A stretch of 62,923 bases of DNA, counting the filler, from Deltaproteobacteria bacterium (lineage in GTDB: Bacteria; JAEEML01), in assembly GCA_016283195.1 (NCBI GenBank). It is 3 parts of 3 records of this genome, joined end to end, with 100 filler letters (N's around TTAATTAATTAA, not from the genome) between each part and the next. Parts side by side here need not be neighbours in the genome. Positions count along the whole stretch, not along the records: positions 34,069 to 62,923 come from JAEEML010000121.1; 2 more parts are not named here. The stretch is one strand, 5' to 3'. The notes beneath the pieces are model-generated. The model had not been told where the DNA came from. It saw only the letters and a program-made list of their open reading frames with translations, and made no database searches. Both the position numbers and the translations under genes were made by a program. Positions 58,891-62,923 of the stretch are shown piece after piece. Each line of letters starts with the position of its first letter. Within the stretch, counting starts at the first letter, position 1.

Positions 58891-60797
58891 AGTTCACCTG
58901 CCTTTTGTTCCATAAGGAGGCGTTTTTTGGCTTTATAATTGGAGATGAGCCCCATTAGAGTCACAGTTAAAATGGGGCAGGCCGAAGCCATGGTTAAAAT
59001 ACCAAAACCTTCCGGCACATTCATCTGCATACCAATGCCCAGCCCCATCGCCAAAACCAGCGGCACAGTAACCGGCCCGGTAGTAACGCCGGCCGAATCC
59101 CAGGCAATATTCACATAGAGTTCATCGCTGAATTTAGTTAAAATAACCAGGATAATATAAATAGGGAGCAGCATATATAAAAGCGGAATATTCCATATAA
59201 TTTTGCCGGCGCCCAAACAAAGGCCCATACCAACACCGGAGGCTACGGCAAAAATGAGCGTCTTCTTTTTAAAAGTACCGACAGTGAGCTCCTCCACCTT
59301 CATGCCGAGAGCATTTAAAGCCGGCTCAGCCAAAGTAGCAAGCAGCCCCAAAACAAAGGCAAAGAGCAGCACAATGGCAAAGCCGGGCAGCGATTTTTCC
59401 TTTTCACCGTAAAGCGGGCCGATTTCCGGCACATAAGTGTAGGTTTTATTAGCTTTATTATAGTGGCTGGGATTATAGGGTATGCCTTTGTATTTATTGC
59501 CATCTTTTTGGAAGAAAAATTCCGAAACCCTGCCGTTTGCATCAATGGATTTTTGCACCATTTCTTGGGGAATAAAAGGAGTTACCTGCTCTATTTCATC
59601 GGTCAGCTCAATAGCTTTAAAAGATGAAGGCAGGCGGCGCCCCACTTGATTGCCCATTTTTGTAAGGCCAAATTCCATGCCAATATTAAAGAGTCCCATG
59701 CCGAGGATAGCAATAAAAATACCGCAGATTATTTCATCTTTTTTGGGCAGGCGCTCTCTTAAAATAAGGAAAAAGGCCAAAAGCAAAAAGATAGTAAGCG
59801 GCAAAATGGCCTGACCGGCACTCAAAAAATTGTCCCTTATTATAGCCAAAATATTAAAGGAATCAGCTGTAGCGGCCGCACCTGTCGCCACCTGGCTTTT
59901 AAGAGCGGCCAGAGCCTCCGGCGAACCGGCGATAAAGAGAGCTTTTTCGTAATTTTCCGGGCTAAAAAATTCATCATAAGACATAGGCGGCAAAATGCCG
60001 TAATTAAGGCTAAAATAAATACCGAAACCAAGAACTGTCAAAATAGGCAGGGCACTGGCAAGAGTTACCACACCAAAGCCCATAGAGCCATTGTCTTCAC
60101 CGCCAACAGAGCGGCAAATACCGATACCGAGAGCCAAAACAAGCGGCACGGTAACCGGCCCGGTGGTGACGCCGCCGCAATCCCAAGCCAGGCCCAAAAG
60201 GTAATTGATATTGGCATCAAAAAAGCCGGCACAGGAAACTATGAGCAAAAGTGGTATTATTACATAAATAAACGGTTTCAAAGAGATAGAATAGGTAAAG
60301 CGCATCATACCGGCCACAACGGCCAGGCCCACACCGCCGGCCACGCAAATAACGAGAGCCCAGGAATAGCGGTTTAAAAGCAAATATAAAAGTGGGGCAT
60401 CCCAGGGTTTGATAAAGGAGCCACTGGCTTTTAAAATGCCAATGGAGGGCTCGGCATAAGTGGCCCCAACGCCCAAAATAAAGGCCAAAACAATGATGGT
60501 AACCATGCTGGCTTTCACCGGCAGCTTAATACCGATAATTTCGCCCAGCGGCATGATACCGATTAGGAGCCCTTCCAGAAAGAAAGCCAGCCCCAAAACC
60601 ACAAGAGTCATGCCGATGGCAATAATGCCGCCTTCGGCAATATTCAGGCGCAAAAAGGCCATTTGGAAGAAGATTAACCATAAAATAACCGGCAAGACCG
60701 ACCTAAGCTGTTCGGCCAGTTTGGCTTTGCAAAAAGGCAGCCACATACTGAGCTGCTGCTTTAGTGGGATTGCCACTTTTTTAGTTTGGACAGCCAT
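58887..60797 (-). CDS. DUF1538 family membrane protein with two fused DUF1538 halves
   Basis: AEP motifs and duplicated AWD(C/S)(G/A)GVTTGPVTVPLVLA(L/M)G.G signature. Confidence 0.93.
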   Translation of the reverse strand: MAVQTKKVAIPLKQQLSMWLPFCKAKLAEQLRSVLPVILWLIFFQMAFLRLNIAEGGIIAIGMTLVVLGLAFFLEGLLIGIMPLGEIIGIKLPVKASMVTIIVLAFILGVGATYAEPSIGILKASGSFIKPWDAPLLYLLLNRYSWALVICVAGGVGLAVVAGMMRFTYSISLKPFIYVIIPLLLIVSCAGFFDANINYLLGLAWDCGGVTTGPVTVPLVLALGIGICRSVGGEDNGSMGFGVVTLASALPILTVLGFGIYFSLNYGILPPMSYDEFFSPENYEKALFIAGSPEALAALKSQVATGAAATADSFNILAIIRDNFLSAGQAILPLTIFLLLAFFLILRERLPKKDEIICGIFIAILGMGLFNIGMEFGLTKMGNQVGRRLPSSFKAIELTDEIEQVTPFIPQEMVQKSIDANGRVSEFFFQKDGNKYKGIPYNPSHYNKANKTYTYVPEIGPLYGEKEKSLPGFAIVLLFAFVLGLLATLAEPALNALGMKVEELTVGTFKKKTLIFAVASGVGMGLCLGAGKIIWNIPLLYMLLPIYIILVILTKFSDELYVNIAWDSAGVTTGPVTVPLVLAMGLGIGMQMNVPEGFGILTMASACPILTVTLMGLISNYKAKKRLLMEQKAGEL

Positions 60798-60847
60798 TTA
60801 ATCCTCACATATCGGCAACAAAAGAAAAGTTTTAGGAAAAAGTACCG

Positions 60848-62269
60848 CTAACCGGAGCGTTTGCCCCGCTCGCGCAAGATGAGGCGAATCGGTACTCCTT
60901 GCAAATGATAACGTTCACGAATGGCGTTTATAATATAGCGTTTGTAATTATCATCCACACTCTCTTTATTAGAGACGCTGATGACAAAAACCACCGGGGC
61001 AGTGCCAACCTGAGTAATAAAGAAAAACTTGGCCCGCCGCCGTTTTAGCGCCGGAGGGGCGTGCTGAGCCACCAGGCGCTCCAAAAGGCGATTTAGTTCC
61101 GCTGTGGGAATGCGGGTGGCCCTTAAATTAGCCACCTTGGTGGCTGTATCTAAAATAGTATAAATATTACGGCCAGTTATAGCCGAAGTTGTCACCACCG
61201 GCACATGAGCTAGAGCGGGGAAAGTTTTGCCTACATATTCGCCGGCAGCTTTGGCATCGCGCGCTTTATCCGGCACTAAATCCCACTTATTAAGGGCAAT
61301 AACCAAACCGCAGCCCTTTTCTTCGGCTAGAGACATAATGCGGATATCCTGCTCACCAAAAGAGGCGGCGCTATCCAGCACCATAATGGCCACATCGGCC
61401 CGCTCAAGTGCTCTAATAGCCGAAACGGCGGCAAAGCGCTCCACACCGGCCGCAATATTGTTTTTTTTGCGCAAGCCGGCTGTGTCTATGATGATGTAAT
61501 CCCTATCTTTATAAGTAAGTGCGGTATCTATGGCATCTCTCGTAGTGCCGGGCATATTGGCGACAAGCGCGCGTTCTTCGCCCAAAAGAGCATTTAAAAT
61601 AGAGGACTTACCAACATTCGGCCGGCCGATAATGGCTATTTTCAGCGGCCCGGCAGCGGGAATTTCCACTTGTTCATCGGCTCCGTTTTCGGCGGCTTTA
61701 AGAGCTCTTTCGGCAAGCTCATCCAAAGCTTCATCGGCAGCCAAAGGGGTCTTATCGGGCTCCATTTTGAGAGAGGCAAAAATGGCGCTAAAAAGATCAT
61801 CAATACCTAGGCCATGCGAAGCGCTTATAGGAAAAACTTCACTAAAACCCAGTTCATAAAACTCGGCACTAAGAATTTGCCTCTTTTCGGAATCAGCCTT
61901 ATTTACAGCCAAAAAAGTGGGTTTTCCGGCCTTGCGCAAAAGGGCGGCTACCTGGCTATCCTGGGGATTAAGGCCGCTTTTAGCCTCGGTCATAAAAATG
62001 ACAGCATCGGCTTCATCAATAGCAAGACCGGCTTGCTTTAGAAGCGAGGGCATATAGCTATGATTATTTTCCAAATCAAGGCCACCGGTATCCACCAAGA
62101 TAAAGCGATAATCATCATAAGTGACTTCGCCGTAAAGGCGGTCGCGAGTGACTCCCGGCTCGTCTTCTACAATAGCAGCCGGGCGCTTTAAAAGGCGATT
62201 AAAGAGCGTACTCTTCCCCACATTGGGGCGGCCCACAATGGCAATAAGCGGTAAGATGGCTGGTGGCAT
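60848..62269 (-). CDS. der: Ribosome biogenesis GTPase Der (EngA)
   Basis: Two GRPNVGKS G-domains, PGVTRD/GTTRD, KH-like C-terminus. Confidence 0.98.
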   Translation of the reverse strand: MPPAILPLIAIVGRPNVGKSTLFNRLLKRPAAIVEDEPGVTRDRLYGEVTYDDYRFILVDTGGLDLENNHSYMPSLLKQAGLAIDEADAVIFMTEAKSGLNPQDSQVAALLRKAGKPTFLAVNKADSEKRQILSAEFYELGFSEVFPISASHGLGIDDLFSAIFASLKMEPDKTPLAADEALDELAERALKAAENGADEQVEIPAAGPLKIAIIGRPNVGKSSILNALLGEERALVANMPGTTRDAIDTALTYKDRDYIIIDTAGLRKKNNIAAGVERFAAVSAIRALERADVAIMVLDSAASFGEQDIRIMSLAEEKGCGLVIALNKWDLVPDKARDAKAAGEYVGKTFPALAHVPVVTTSAITGRNIYTILDTATKVANLRATRIPTAELNRLLERLVAQHAPPALKRRRAKFFFITQVGTAPVVFVISVSNKESVDDNYKRYIINAIRERYHLQGVPIRLILRERGKRSG

Positions 62270-62276
62270 TTAAGGA

Positions 62277-62864
62277 TCAGCCGCCTTTTTTGAGCTCAAT
62301 GAGCACTAACTTGGCAATGGCTTTCAAGGTATTGAAAACGCCGACACCGGTAGTAGCCGAAGCTTCAAAATCCGGAACGCCCTTGGGATTTAAGAGCTTG
62401 CGCAGCTCATCAAGAGATGCGGCATTGCTAAGGTCACGCTTATTGTATTGGATAACGTATGGGATAGTATCCAAATTGTAACCCTGCTCTGCCAAGTTGG
62501 TACGCAAGTTTTCCACCGATTCCAAGTTGGCTTCCATACGCTCTTCCTGGCTATCGGCCACAAAAACCACGCCGTCAACACCTTTTAAGATGAGCTTACG
62601 CGAGGCATCGTAGAAGACCTGGCCAGGCACTGTATAGAGGTGGAAACGGGTTTTAAAGCCACGCACTTCACCCAAAGAGAGAGGCAAAAAGTCAAAGAAG
62701 AGAGTTCTCTCGGTTTCGGTAGCGAGGGAAATCATCTTGCCTTTGGCATCCGGGTTGGTCTTTGTATAAATATATTGCAAATTTGTGGTTTTGCCGCAAA
62801 GACCCGGCCCGTAGTAAACAATTTTGCAGTTAATTTCTCTGGAGCTATAGTTGATAAACGACAT
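62277..62864 (-). CDS. mglA: Ras-like motility/polarity GTPase MglA
   Basis: [33 protein letters not shown]...[12 protein letters not shown]...TVPGQ...QYNKRD...ELKKGG, the myxobacterial MglA sequence pattern. Confidence 0.98.
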   Translation of the reverse strand: MSFINYSSREINCKIVYYGPGLCGKTTNLQYIYTKTNPDAKGKMISLATETERTLFFDFLPLSLGEVRGFKTRFHLYTVPGQVFYDASRKLILKGVDGVVFVADSQEERMEANLESVENLRTNLAEQGYNLDTIPYVIQYNKRDLSNAASLDELRKLLNPKGVPDFEASATTGVGVFNTLKAIAKLVLIELKKGG

Positions 62865-62890
62865 AGTACTAGAGTCCTATTTTCCGCTGG

Positions 62891-62923
62891 TTATTCACTA
62901 AATAAGCTATCGATATCGTCATC
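62891..62923 (-). CDS. mglB: MglB (GAP, Roadblock/LC7) C-terminal end, truncated by window edge
   Basis: Minus strand reads DDDIDSLFSE*, matching the MglB C-terminal helix, immediately upstream of mglA. Confidence 0.85.
   Translation of the reverse strand, partial: DDDIDSLFSE

Noticed and set aside
1-62923. tRNA, rRNA, transposase or integrase genes
   Set aside because: None were recognisable by eye in the intergenic regions or the ORF track. tRNAscan-SE and Infernal were not run.

Overview
This is a draft-genome or MAG window made of three contigs joined by artificial 100-bp linkers (44N-TTAATTAATTAA-44N at 17006-17105 and 33969-34068), so adjacency across the linkers is not evidence. The organism looks like a mid/low-GC Myxococcota-type deltaproteobacterium: mglA plus the 3' end of mglB, a tgl-type pilotin, a MYXO-CTERM protease and very long chemoreceptors. 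FISUMP-domain proteins and a Firmicutes-style ABC exporter and DpnII cassette suggest a gut or anaerobic habitat (inference). Contig 1 carries a DpnII-type R-M cassette, an ABC exporter, SPOR-rel genes, aroB and an aroD-aroE fusion, an OB-fold lipoprotein, and a 5'-nucleotidase with a Cys/Ca-loop repeat insert. Contig 2 carries a tandem array of at least 7 ~64-heptad chemoreceptors, a signal-peptide-bearing fibre protein with a Bdellovibrio-MAT-like N-terminus and a phage gp10/gp12-like tip, and an EGF-like/FISUMP protein. Contig 3 carries two paralogous large lipoproteins sharing an upstream operator and hairpin, batC/D/E-like genes, mntP, rnj, tgl, proteases, add, a DUF1538 transporter with a triple PII-like partner, der and mglA. 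The best candidates for undescribed biology are a possible contact-predation or adhesion toolkit (fibre, FISUMP and variable lipoproteins), the homogenised chemoreceptor array, and the single-chain triple-PII/DUF1538 module. All family calls come from motif recognition by eye, not database searches.
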